Below, piece by piece: positions 1 to 13,031 of a stretch of DNA of 64,000 nt. Both the position numbers and the translations under genes were made by a program. The notes beneath the pieces were generated by a model, which saw only the letters and a program-made list of their open reading frames with translations, did no database searches and was not told the origin of the DNA. How positions within the stretch are numbered: the stretch's first letter is position 1; each line of letters opens with the position of its first letter. This DNA is from Paraspadella gotoi (taxonomy: Eukaryota > Animalia > Chaetognatha): NCBI GenBank assembly GCA_051294375.1, contig CM119269.1, forward strand, positions 7,747,225 through 7,811,224. Reading direction: 5' to 3'.

Positions 1-599
1 ATTTTTTTCGGAGGATAAAAATATTTATTTAATGTTTTGGCAATCGATAACTTTAATGCCAAATGCGTAGGCGGAAATAATTTAAAGGATTTTCTTNNNN
101 NNNNNNNNNNNNNNNNNNNNNNNNNNNNNNNNNNNNNNNNNNNNNNNNNNNNNNNNNNNNNNNNNNNNNNNNNNNNNNNNNNNNNNNNNNNNNNNNNNNN
201 NNNNNNNNNNNNNNNNNNNNNNNNNNNNNNNNNNNNNNNNNNNNNNNNNNNNNNNNNNNNNNNNNNNNNNNNNNNNNNNNNNNNNNNNNNNNNNNNNNNN
301 NNNNNNNNNNNNNNNNNNNNNNNNNNNNNNNNNNNNNNNNNNNNNNNNNNNNNNNNNNNNNNNNNNNNNNNNNNNNNNNNNNNNNCTCCTTCTCCTTTCC
401 TCTCTCCACCTCCCCCCCAATTTAAAACCTTTCCCCCCCTCACCTCAAATAATCGTCGACCACAGTTGACGAGGAGGTGGATTTCTTGAGTCGCCCTTCC
501 CTCTCGTCGTCGTCGTCGTCGTCGTCGTCGCTGTCGTCGTCGTCGCTTCGGTCGACATCGTCTCCATCGTCGTCGTCGTCTTTTTTCCTTCGGCGAACC

Positions 600-633
<34 letters not shown>

Positions 634-1371
634 TCTCCGACAGGGAGACGAAAACGACTTCCGGTGAGCTTGGCGTCGTCGCGACCGGAAGAGGGCGCGC
701 CGCGTCCGTCTCCACGGGCGGCGCCTCTGACGCCGGAACCGCGTGGCGTCGCCGCCGCCGGCAAAAGGGATGATGAGAACGCGAATGCCTGCGGGGGGGA
801 AGGGGAGAAGGGAGTGGGGCGGAGGGGAGAGGAAGGGGGGAGGGAGGGGGGCGGAGGGGAGAGGAAGGGGTGAGGGAGGAGGAGAATATGACGGAGAGAA
901 AGGGAAGGGAAGAAAGAAGGGAGAAGAAAAGGTGAAAGAGAATTGTTGAAATTGAAATTGTTGTTGAAGAAGAGATAAATGTTGAGTCAAAATCGAGAAT
1001 TCAATTACATTTATTGCAACGTTTATTGTATTCGATGTACCAATTTTGTTTGTTTAGTTTAACCGAAATAGTGGTACGGGTTGGATTTTGCAAAAGTTAA
1101 GAATTTGGGAAAAGTAGAAAAAGAGGGGAGGAGCGATTTTGAAAAGAGATCATGACCTTATAGAAATAATTGGATGAAGAAGAGAATTGGGTGAAACACA
1201 TCGACAAAAATACCAGATGCTAACCGTTCTCTTTCCTTTGACCCGCCCCTCCTTAAATACACTGCCTAAACCAATATAGATTTTTGTTACACCTATCAAT
1301 AGTTATTTGAAGCTAATAAGTGGCTCCTTTTTTTGCGCCTTATTGTATATTCTTTCGCCCATTTGTATCTC

Positions 1372-1420
<49 letters not shown>

Positions 1421-3205
1421 TCTCTCCTCTTTCTCTCTCTCTATGAATGGGGAAATGGAGCTTCCGCTTCTCATGACCAATATGTTGACCCGGGGGGGAG
1501 TTCCTAAAGAGACGTTCAAAAAGTGAGAGAGAGAGAGAGAGTTCGGGAGAGATGAGTGAGAGGAGGTGAGGAAAGAGAAGAGAAGTCCGTCGCGAGTAAG
1601 AGACTTCATAGGGAGGAGAAGAGAGACGGAGACGGGCAGAAGACGAGGAGATGAGGAGAGATCTTTGAGGATTTACAAATGTGCGAAAGAATATACAAAT
1701 AAGGCGCAAAATAAAAAAGGAAGCCATTATTAGGCTTTCAAATGAACTAGTTGATAGTGTTAACAACAAAATCTATATTGGTTAGGCAGTATATTGTATT
1801 TAAGGGAGGGTCGTGGGCGTCAAAGGATAAGAGAACGATGTGTAGCATCTGGTATTTAGTCGATCTTGGTGTTTCACCTAATTCTCTTCTTATCCAAATT
1901 TATTTCTATAAGGGTCATTGGAATCTCTTTTTCAAATTCGTTCCTCCCAACTTCTTTTTCTACTTTCCCAATATTTCTTAACTTCTTTGGCAAATATCCA
2001 ACCCCGTACCACCTGATTTCGGTTATAAACTAAACAAACAAAAATTGGGCGTTACATCGAATACCAAATAAACGTTGCAATAAATGTATATTTGAAAATT
2101 TCGATTTTTACTCCACATTTATCTCTTCTTCAACAACAATTGTCTAGTGTTCAACAATTCTCTTGTTCTACCTTTTCTTCTCCCTTCTTTCTTCCCTTCC
2201 TTTCGTCTCCGTTTTTTATATTCTTTTTTTTTTCCCTTCCTCCGCCTCCAACCCCTTCCTTCCTGCTCCTCCCGCCCCCTTCCTCCCCCCCTTCCTCTCC
2301 CCTCCGCGCCCCACTCCCTTTCTCCCCTTTCCCCTCTCCTCCGCCAACACTCCCTTCTCCCTTCCCCTCCCCTCGCCCCCACTCCCTTCTCCCCTTCCCC
2401 CCCGCAAGGCATCGCGTTCTCATCATCCTTTTGCCGGCGGCGGCGACCGCCACTGCGGTCGCGGTTCCGCGTCGAGGGCGGTGCGCCGCCCGTGGAGACG
2501 GACGCGGGCGCGCCCTCTTCCGGTTGCGCGACGACGCCAAGCTCACCGGAAGTCGTTTTCGTCTCCCTGCTCGAGACGAGCGACGACGGACGGCGACGAC
2601 GACGGACTACGACGAGGTTTCGCCGAAGGAAAAAAGGATCGCGAGCGACGACGATGGAGACGATGGTCGAGCCGAAGCGACGCGGACGACAGCGACGAGA
2701 TCGACGGACGACGACCGACGGACGACAATCTACGAGAGGGAAGGGCGGACGTCACGAGAATCACTCCTCGTCAACTGTGCGTCGACGATTTATTTGAGGG
2801 TGAGGGGGGGAAAGGTTTTTTTAAATTTGGGGGGAGGTGGAGACGAGGGAAAGGAGAAGGAGCCAGTGGAAGAAATTTTACAAAAAAATGATTTATTTAT
2901 TTATTTATTTATTTATTCCTATTTATTTATTTTAGAAGATCCTTTAAAAAAAGATATAAAATAGCTTAGGGTAAATGTCGAAGAACGACGACGATGACAA
3001 GCGACGCGGCGACGACCCGACGACAGGAACGATATCGACGAATGGGCGACGGCGAAAGATTGAAAACGTGTTTTAACGTACGGCGATTTTTATTGGACAA
3101 AGGGAAAAGAAAATCTTTAAATATTTCCGCCTACCGCATTTGGCTTTAAAAAGTTTATCGCATGCCAAAACATTAAATAATATTTTTTTATCCTCCGAAA
3201 AAAAA
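1..3205. repeat. Large imperfect fold-back (inverted duplication), arms ~1-1440 and ~1525-3205; probable read/assembly artefact
   Basis: 1-96 is the reverse complement of ~3108-3205; 1321-1380 mirrors ~1660-1727; 440-790 mirrors ~2408-2805. The arms differ by many 1-2 nt indels. Confidence 0.9.
444..788 (-). CDS. Internal coding exon (345 nt, phase 2-2), acidic low-complexity segment with SIM-like motif; protein unknown
   Basis: Polypyrimidine tract + CAG acceptor (789-790) and GTGAGG donor (443). Open frame HSRSHHPFCRRRRRHAVPASEAPPVETDAARPLPVATTPSSPEVVFVSLSESDDDG...STVVDDYL. A frameshifted mirror copy lies at ~2409-2798 (+). Confidence 0.6.
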
Positions 3206-3344
3206 TTTGATTCTCAGCAAAAAATGAGAAGACAGTAAACCGTTACAATGCACCATAATATGAAATATGAAATTAGATTCACCTTACAAAAACTTTCTGT
3301 CTTGAGGGAACGACGGATGAGAAGATGAGAGAGGGACAGGAGAG

Positions 3345-3400
<56 letters not shown>

Positions 3401-6400
3401 TGGATGAGGAGAGGGTGGGGATAGAGACAGATGAGATGAGAGGAGGAGAGAGGATATGAGATGCGATAGAGAGGGAGAAAAGAGAGGGAGAGGAGAGAGA
3501 GAGCGGAGATGAGAGAGAGAGGACGAGGTGACTCCTATGGTTGTTACGAGGATGAGAGAGAGAGAGAGAGAAAATAACGAACCGTTTGCCGAGTTAGTTT
3601 TTAGCGAACGAATTTAACTTTTTCATCGCTTTTTCGACCGACGGCACGACTGACGACGACGACGACGACGCGACGACGGACCACGACGGACGACGACGAC
3701 GACGGGACGTTTACGAAATGATTTTTTTAGTCCTAAAAAGAAAATTATGGTTCCGGCGTTCGACCGTGTCTTGCCGTATGAATATGGGTCCAGCACGTTT
3801 GTACGTGGCATTGTTGAGAATTCACGTAACATGATTCCTGTCCCCGATATATATGTTACTTTTTATCGGTGATGTCGTTTTAGTTCTCTTGTCTTTTCTA
3901 CGATAGTTTTGTCATAGATGTCACTGTTGGCATATTATGACATTGTGACAGGTTTCGTCTCAGTGAGTGAGAGTGAGAGAGTTGAAGGAGGGGGAGCGAG
4001 AGAGAAGATGATTGGAGGAGAGGAGGAGGAAGGCAGAGAGGGAAGGGGAGGAGGAAGAGGAGAGACGAGCGAGAGGAGGCGAGGAGAGAGAGAGAGAGAG
4101 AGAGAGAGATATTTTAGTCGCGTCTGTTCATTCAACCAATCGGCCCCGTTCGCCTGTCGTCGTCGTCGTCGTCGTTCTGAGAATGAGTTGCATCTTTGTC
4201 GTCTGCCGTCCGCCATAAAGCCTCGTTACCGGCCTCCCTCTTTCCCGTCTCCCTCTGACGGCGGACGAATGGCTCGTTTGGTCGATGTGATTCGTCTTTT
4301 TCGCTCCATGAAGATTTTTCTGACCGGTGTATATAAAAGTAGTTTTTTTTGAAAATGAGGCCGTATATTTTTTGGGAATCCCTCGCCTTTTTGAGTTTGT
4401 GTGTTTAATTCGAATGGTTCAGCGATGTAAAAGTTACAATTATTAATGTTATATCCTCTATTTTTTAATTATTTTATAACTAACTTTAACGATTATTATT
4501 GCAGGTATTTACTTCATTATTTACTATATGATACAATTACCGTACAATCTCTTTATCCATACTAATAATATATTCAACATTTTTTTGTATCAAATAAAAT
4601 CGCCGAGCTCGTAGCCCTTATATCAAAAGGCATACTCTTTTTTTTTAAAAGCGATATACGATAAAATTATGTCAACTTTTACCTCTCTCTTACCATAATT
4701 ATCCTATTCACTCTCCTCTATTCTCTATTTTTTCCCGGTTCTCTTCTCTACTTCTTCTTCTTCTCTTTTACCCTTCTCTCGTTCTCGTCGTATAGTCCTT
4801 GATATGTATAAGTATCTCCTTTCCCTCTCGCTCTTATCCCCATCTGCGTTTTATTGGTTTATTTTATAATCGCCTTTTAACCTTCGTCGCCGGAAGTCGC
4901 AGAACGCTACGTGCTCCGCCGTATCCTTCCCCAACGTTGCGACCGGCCTTTTGATTCGGACCGCCACCTGGAATGTCCTCAGAGGTCTGTCTGTTGGTGA
5001 GGCGAAATTATTTTATTGAGATGGTGTACCTCGTGTCTCGTGTGTGATGCCACGAGGGCACAGATGGTAATCTCCGAAATTTAGCAATGCTGGAGCCTGT
5101 GGAGTGCCGCGAGAGAATATGTTGGGCAAATAACCTAAAACAAATATAAGTCTGCAGGTCGTGATCGGTGACACCGGGGAAAGAAAACTATACTAGTGTC
5201 TCCTGACTTAGTTTTTGCCTTGCCCGCAGTCATGATTCGATTGATCTCTTTCCAATTTATCATAACAACGTAAAGATACGTATGATTATAAACTGCCGTT
5301 GGCAAAAATAAGGGGGATGATATATATAGTGGAGAAGTGCTCTGAGCGCTGTAATGGAGGCGGTAGATATTGCGTTAGCATTTATACAATCTGATCTCTA
5401 TTAATTACAAATTAAAGCCTCTGGATCTTCACCAACTCAACTCACACGCTACAAGATTATATATTTTAACCCAATCCCTGTCTGATTCGACCCATTTTCT
5501 GTGATTCAGTCCGATCAATTACGATTAAGTATAGTGAATGAAAATCGAGGCGCAAATGGAAAGAAATACTGTCGGAACCAGCAAGAGTCGCAAAACTCGA
5601 CCTAAATGCTATGGCAACGACTTAAACTGTTGGTTTTTCCTCTCTTTGTGAATTTGATTATAGTTTCTCGATAGTTCATGTTTAGTTACTTTAATTAATT
5701 ATTCTACTCCTCTCTCGTTCTTATTTTGCTCTTCTCAGGATTTTTCCTGATCGTATCTGCGGCTCAGCGTCTCTGCTTTCTCATCTGCCTTCAACTGAGA
5801 CTTGTGGACAAAGAATCGCGCTTCAACCCACTATATCCTCGCGTACCTCTCTAACACCTTTTCTACTTACATATCATAAAAAAACTACAACAACACAAAA
5901 CACCGCTAGAGATAGTTTTGTCTATCCTGTGTTTTCATACTCACTACCTTGCTTCACCTCCATAACATAACAAACTCTCGTCTCACATAACATTCTTCTC
6001 AAATTCCTTCCATACATAAACTCGAAATTTATTTATACTCTACCTTTCTAAAATCTTAATTTAAGAACAAAACCTTCTTTGTTATATTTCATGACATGAC
6101 CCGGTTGAACAAAAAAGTAAACAAAAAAACGATCGACCCGGTCCCCCGCCCCCCCCCAAAACGGAAAGCGACGACGAATAGGAAACCCCTCTGACTCTCT
6201 TTTCCTCGCCCGCTGCACGCCCCCGGATGTCGCATGAGCCTAAAATAATAAAATAAACTGTTGTTGTTCTGTTCGGATACGCAGAATGAAAACACGCCGA
6301 CGTCGCCTTCGTGTTCCGATGACCATGTGAGATGATAACTGGCGTTCTCGTGCACGCTCACGTGCACCGCCTCCTCGGTCATCCACTCACATCAATCGCT

Positions 6401-9400
6401 CACTCTCAGTTTAGGCACCCCTGCCTCTCCTCTTGTCACGCCCGCGCAGCATTGGCCCGGCCTTCTAGCAGTCACCTTAGATCTCTGACGTTTTGTTTTC
6501 TTCTCTCTCTGCACTCCTTAAACAATAACTCGCAGCAGGGATTAATGTCGCAAGACAATAGCCCATAAGAGCCGGGGGCCGCAGTCGCCGCAACCGTACT
6601 CGTCGATAATTCCATCCGGAAAGTACGGGATGGAATCTACTTCTGGCAGCATTTAACCGCATAGGAACGCACTTGCAAAAGGTCAAATATTTAAGTCGTC
6701 ATTTTTTACCGAGATGCTGGGCTTTCCCGTAATCATATTCACTCGTATATTTAATGTATAACCTATACATTAAATGGGTACATATTTTTCAAAAAGATAA
6801 AATATCCCAGTGGAACTAGTCCCGCCAGCACTCTATCCCTAATATTTTAATGGACCGATCGAAACCGGCGTCCATCTTCCCTTCCGACTTAGGCCGCGAT
6901 CCGAGACGAAAGGTCGCGAGCGTATGATAAGCTGAAGTACTCCAGAAAAGGGCTACTTGCGGCGCCAACACATTATTCGAAATCTACCGTCGACTATTGT
7001 CCCTCGTTCGTGACGCGTTGCGCGTTCGGAAATCGGCCTACGCTACAGATAATCAGTGTCAAGCGTGAATCACACTCAGATCGTTTACGCTTTAAAGCAT
7101 AAGCTTTTGTATATACTACCTTGTTCTCCTTACCACCAAGCACTCTAGTAATTGTGTGGACAATAGTCCGCGACCAAACCGTTTCTATCATGTCGACCAT
7201 GCGTATGAGCACGCGGCGTGGCTAAGTCATTCGCCCCCAACTCCGGGAAAGGTCTGTTGATTCTTGTAGCCCGGTGGTCTTCTGGCAGTAGAGGTGACGT
7301 GGCGGCTTAACCGCCTTGAAACATGGGTGTGTACAGCCTTGATCCGAAGCTCAGGGCACTGCTTGAATATATTGTGGTTGCTGGTTCTTATACTAATGAT
7401 ATATTAAAGCATAAAAGAGGTTGCCGGAAAATGTATGGGAACTTGTATGAACGTGCGGTGACAAAGTACGTATGATAGAGCCTAATGCTCTTAGGAAAGA
7501 CAAAAAACGAAAAATCAGACGGCAGACATACACCTTGAACGTAGGCGTCGCCGAGACGCATATAATAGATATACAACGAGATGAATGAAGGTTTACTACG
7601 ATGTGGAGGTAACGGAATTAGACTTTCAGGAACGGTGAAACACAAACCAGAAAAAAAGAAATATAAGAGGCCAGGGAAACACAGAGAGAAAAAAAAGAAT
7701 ATGGAGGGTATAAAGGAAAGAAAAGCATCGATACAAACCACCAGTTCTAAATGATAGTGAGGGCAAAAAAAGAAAAAAGGCAGGAAAAAAGGAAAAAATG
7801 AGGAAGGAAGAAGGAGAAAGAAAAAAGGAGGGAAGTTAGAAGAAATAAAAAAGGAGGGAAAACAATGAGGAAGGAAGAAGAAAAGAAAAAAAGGAGGAAA
7901 AAAAGAAAAAAGCGGAGGAGGGGGAAAGGAAGGAAAAAAGGGAGGAGAGTATGAATAAAATTAAAAAAGGATGGGAAAAATAAAAAAGCGGATGAAAAAA
8001 AAAAAAAATGAGGTATAAGGTAGACGCTAGTAAGAAATAAAAATAAAAAAGGAGAAGTTAGAAGAACAAGAAAAAAGGAGTGGTGGAAAAAAAGAGCACA
8101 AGGGGAAGTTTCAGAGAAGAAAAGAGAAAAAAAGGAATGAAAAGAAAAGAAAAGAGGAAGGAAGTTAGGTTAGAAGAAAAGAAAAAGTGGAGGAAAGAAA
8201 AAGATGAAGGAAGTTAGAAGTATAAAGAAAAAAGGAGAGATAAATGAAAAAATGAAGGGAGTATAATATGACCATAAGAAATTTTAGAGAACTATTAGAA
8301 AAAAAGGGAAAAAAAGATTTTATGTCCATTTTTTGTTCCATTTTACTACGACTTCTGATTTGGAATGCCCAATGGAATGTTTGAGAAAATTTTTTACTTT
8401 GGAAATCCGTTCGATATTCTTATCTTACGTGTGAGGAGTAAATTTATAATAAGACACTGGTTAATAAGATTCTAAGATAAGTAAGTTAAAGAGAAAACAC
8501 ATAATGAAGGTTAATTTTAAAGGTTAACAAGTGAAAAAATGTTGGTGGGAAAAAAGTGATTAACAAAGGGTCTTAATGGAAAACAAAGCAAAAAATGATA
8601 GTATGGTTAAGGACAAAAAAGAAAATCAGGAGAGAATATAAGAGTTAATTAAGAGAGAGAGTTAACGCAGAAAGAAAAAAAAAGATAATAATTATCCTTA
8701 ATTGAGAAAAATAATGAGTTATTTAACCAAACCTATAAAGATAAAAATAAAAAAAATGTTAAATGTTGGTTAATAGCCACAAAAAGAATAAATTTTTTAA
8801 AGTAAAACGTATTATATTTAAATTGGTACTTAATTTGTAAGAAAGACTCTGGTGCGAGATCAATATATAATTTTGAATAATAAAGAGGAGAACTGAGAGA
8901 CCTCTGCTTGCCATGTACACAAATATAAAATTATATAAGAATATGTTAAAAAAAACGAAAAAAGTATTGTAGGATAGACACTTGCTTGACTGGATTTAAT
9001 TACAAAAAAAACGCGGGTAATCAACGTTTAACTTTAATTGCAACCAGATTGAGAAAAGACAGACAACAGAATAAAATTGGTTGGAAGGGAGAAAAAAGAA
9101 TAGNNNNNNNNNNNNNNNNNNNNNNNNNGAGAGAGAGAGGCCACCAATAAGCTTGTATCATCCATCTGATTCTCATTCAGAATTTTATTCACATTTTTCG
9201 TCTCTATTCAAATTTAATTCAGAGACTGCATCCAAATTTTTAAAGCAAAAAAAAAAAAAATCATTTCGCAATCATTTCTCGGAGAATTTCTATAAAGTCG
9301 AAAGTGAGTTAGACAAAAACTGTTGGTGCGTCCTTGATTAAAATGTTTAATATCCTAATGGAGTACATCGCACAAGAAAGAAAATAAATAATTTTCAAAA

Positions 9401-9798
9401 TATATCTCGATAATGTGTTAGTTTGATATTCCACTGTCAATATATTCGTTTAATAATTTTTTTTTCATAGTACTTTCATATGTTAATAATTTTCATCCCT
9501 AAAATTTAGGGATGAAAACTGTGGATGAGATGGCGCTCTAAAAAATACTAGTACTATTTGTAATCGGGTTCATCGATCAAGTTCGATGTGCCATGTGTAT
9601 AAAAAGTCAATCGAATAATAAAACCGAAGTGAATAAAATCCATGAAATTTTCTTTCTTCCCCAAAACGAGAAACTCAACCAAAAAGACTTAAAATGTCTT
9701 CGACACTAAATCCGATCTTTCACGTTGTGTCGATGCTGATCAGGTGCAGCAGGATTCGCTGTCGTCGCTGCGGAGCAGCAGCAGCTTCGGGGACTTAC

Positions 9799-9837
9799 GG
9801 CGGATCGGCTGGGAGCTGTTTAAACTTTATGAACGTA
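9799..9837 (-). CDS. Candidate 39-nt mini-exon (phase 2-2; TFIKFKQLPADP)
   Basis: ttttag acceptor and GTAAGT donor; phase is compatible with exons 12583-12722 and 444-788. Confidence 0.3.
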
Positions 9838-10662
9838 CTAAAATTATATTTGCATGTTGCAGACATTTTTTTTTAGCGTTCTGATATTTCCATCGGAGTT
9901 TTCGTTCTTTTTCGTTCCATTTCTGGATAAAGGGAATTCAATATTCGTCCATATTAAGAGGATATGGGCTGGAGGAAAATTAAGTCATTTCTTTTGTAGA
10001 TAGCCCGCTTTTTAGTATTTAATTAACTTTTGATATTCTTATTTAAAAATTACATCTTATAAATGATTCAGATTTTGATAAGTTGATACTTGATACCGTT
10101 ACTGTTTTTTTATTCAATTATTTGAATATCGATTTTGTTATTAGTAAAAAAAGTTCTGCTAATTTTCCGAAAAATAAATGATGAGCATAGCCACAGGGGT
10201 GTTTGTTAACAAAAATAGTAATATAATGGCATTTGTATTTTTATACGTAGACGTACAATAAAAAAATGTTAAAATGGTAGCAAATAAGTAATAATAATGA
10301 ATGTAGTAAACGTATAAGTAGTAACCGCAATAAATAAAAGGGAATAAGTAATCGAAGATATAGTATAAAATGAAGTAATAAATATACATTGACGCATACA
10401 AACTTCATTCCGAATTCCAAGTCGCTACTCGATTTCACTTCACGTATCTCAGTTCAAATCCCTCGGATTTCTTTCGTCACGCGAAACTAAGAATCACAGA
10501 ATCGAAAGAAGGGATTTGTGAAGGCGGAGTGACCACCTGAGATCGCGAGGGTGGTCTGGTGGTTAACCACCTGATATGGGAAAATGTGGTCTGATGGGAA
10601 AAGGATGCTGCGGAAATTGACTTTTCCGAGATTGTGGTCACAACATCACAACATCATCGATA

Positions 10663-10789
10663 TCATGGAAACGAGGAGGGATGGAACCAAGATTGAGACG
10701 CCACCATCAGGTGGAATCGACTTTTAACGTCTTCCGCTTTTGGCATTGCAGTTTTTGTTGACGCTTCGGGGGCAAGGACAACATTGAGG
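10663..10789 (-). CDS. Candidate terminal coding exon (LNVVLAPEASTKTAMPKAEDVKSRFHLMVASQSWFHPSSFP*)
   Basis: ttttttttttag acceptor at 10790-10791; its phase-2 start matches the end of exon 12583-12722. Confidence 0.5.
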
Positions 10790-11882
10790 CTAAAAAAAAA
10801 TTTCATGATGAAAACCTGAAGAGATATAAATAAGGAAAGAAAAGAAGAAAAGAAAATGACAAGTTGGAGCGAAGAAAAATGAAGTTGAAATTCAAAAATA
10901 AGAAAAAGACTAATTAAGAACGTAATGTAGACAGTAGAGTGTAATGTAAAAAAAAAGAAATGAATGAATGAGGAAAAGAAGACAAGCGAAGGTTTTTCTT
11001 TGGCTTTTATATCCAACCATCTTTCTCTCCATTGCGCCTTCGATGACTCCATCTCTCTCTTCGCCGTCTCCTTCTCTCGCCGACAACGACTCTCTCTATC
11101 GTCATTTTTTTTTTCGCCTCAACTTTGGCGCCATTTCATTTTTTCCGAGAGATTGAGAGATGGCAGCGCAGAACCCGGGAGAGGGCAGCGGGTGAAAGTC
11201 AGAGGCAATAAAGTTAAAAATTCAAANNNNNNNNNNNNNNNNNNNNNNNNNNNNNNNNNNNNNNNNNNNNNNNNNNNNNNNNNNNNNNNNNNNNNNNNNN
11301 NNNNNNNNNNNNNNNNNNNNNNNNNNNNNNNNNNNNNNNNNNNNNNNNNNNNNNNNNNNNNNNNNNNNNNNNNNNNNNNNNNNNNNNNNNNNNNNNNNNN
11401 NNNNNNNNNNNNNNNNNNNNNNNNNNNNNNNNNNNNNNNNNNNNNNNNNNNNNNNNNNNNNNNNNNNNNNNNNNNNNNNNNNNNNNNNNNNNNNNNNNNN
11501 NNNNNNNNNNNNNNNNNNNNNNNNNNNNNNNNNNNNNNNNNNNNNNNNNNNNNNNNNNNNNNNNNNNNNNNNNNNNNNNNNNNNNNNNNNNNNNNNNNNN
11601 NNNNNNNNNNNNNNNNNNNNNNNNNNNNNNNNNNNNNNNNNNNNNNNNNNNNNNNNNNNNNNNNNNNNNNNNNNNNNNNNNNNNNNNNNNNNNNNNNNNN
11701 NNNNNNNNNNNNNNNNNNNNNNNNNNNNNNNNNNNNNNNNNNNNNNNNNNNNNNNNNNNNNNNNNNNNNNNNNNNNNNNNNNNNNNNNNNNNNNNNNNNN
11801 NNNNNNNNNNNNNNNNNNNNNNNNNNNNNNNNNNNNNNNNNNNNNNNNNNNNNNNNNNNNNNNNNNNNNNNNNNNNNNNNNN

Positions 11883-11917
<35 letters not shown>

Positions 11918-12261
11918 TATTCGCCACCGTCTATCAATCTTTTTTCCCAGTCTTCCGAACCCTTGCCATGAGTTGCTGTTCCCAAGAGAACAATGCTTGC
12001 TTCCGAGCTTACCTAATAAATTTTCTTTTTATCACCGACTTTAAAAGCAGAAAGCATATGAAGGCATTGCCCACAGATATTCCCATTATGTTTCTTTTTA
12101 AAAGACCACGTTTTCTGTTTGATTGTCATTTCTTTTCTTCATACCATTTTGATGATGAAGCTCATCTCATTTCTTGGAAATATTATTTTGTTTCTTTACA
12201 AATTGTAAACTTGTTGAATTCATCATTTAATGATCGTTCCATTTACTAGATATTCAGTAAG

Positions 12262-12262
<1 letters not shown>

Positions 12263-12347
<85 letters not shown>
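12263..12347. repeat. (TTTA)n microsatellite
   Basis: Pure tetranucleotide run. Confidence 0.95.
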
Positions 12348-12349
<2 letters not shown>

Positions 12350-12582
12350 TTAATTAATCAGAAAATTTGTTGAGCCCTTAATTTCCTGTTCGCACTCACA
12401 GTAATGTGATTAAAAGATACACTAACTAAATCACAAAATTTTAACTTTTATATCTGCGTAATAGATCATCTGTGATGGTATATTACTCATATCTGAATAA
12501 TAATGCATAATACTAAATCCTCCTCTCCAAGACGATTTCCCTCCGTCGCTGCTGGGCCCCTTTTTGTTTATCGCAGACTCAC

Positions 12583-12722
12583 CTGGAAGTTTTCTCGTTG
12601 CTATGGAGATCATGCTTGTTCCTGGCGGCTAAATCCGGTTCGATGGTTATTGTTATGGAGGGACGCGTCAAAGGACCGGGCGTCGCGGGAGACGCATTTT
12701 GGCGCCCGTCGCTCGGCGGAGT
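12583..12722 (-). CDS. Internal coding exon (140 nt, phase 0-2; TPPSDGRQNASPATPGPLTRPSITITIEPDLAARNKHDLHSNEKTS)
   Basis: ttttccag acceptor, CAG|GTGAGT donor, GC-rich relative to flanks, only one open frame. Confidence 0.65.
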
Positions 12723-12899
12723 CTGGAAAATGGGCGTGGCCAAGATAAGGGGGGGAGATGGGCGAGGGAAGGCAGGGGAAGTGGGGAAGTGGAGAAGTGG
12801 AGAAGGGGGGGAATAAGGGTGATTTAGTTTGAACGACGTGACTGAAGAATGAGGAACGAGGGCAAAGGTAAGAGTGTGAGCGATGACAAGGTCCAGATT

Positions 12900-13031
12900 A
12901 AGAGTGAGAGCGAAGGTAAGGGCAAGGGAAAGAGTGAGAGCGAAGGTAAGGGCAAGGGAAAGAGTGAGAGCGAAGGTAAGGGCAAGGGAAAGAGTGAGAG
13001 CGAAGGTAAGGGCAAGGGAAAGAGTGAGAGC
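12900..13031. repeat. 30-bp minisatellite (AAGAGTGAGAGCGAAGGTAAGGGCAAGGGA), ~4.4 copies with degenerate flanks
   Basis: Exact tandem copies starting at 12900, 12930, 12960 and 12990. Confidence 0.95.

Noticed and set aside
1440-1525. PacBio SMRTbell adapter at the fold-back centre
   Set aside because: No recognisable ATCTCTCTC-AACAACAAC-GGAGGAGG adapter here or at ~25821, ~44550 or ~49455, so the missed-adapter mechanism is not shown directly.
6089-7741. GC-richer short ORFs as a foreign (HGT or viral) insert; likewise 61600-62500
   Set aside because: No long ORF or recognisable domain; the texture matches degraded read sequence contiguous with noisy copies.
10964-11985. Long ORFs spanning N runs (also 35977-36767, 46400-47647, 24793-25338)
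   Set aside because: Open only because N codons are not stops.
12900-13031. CRISPR-like array
   Set aside because: Repeats are head-to-tail with no unique spacers, no cas genes, and the context is eukaryotic.
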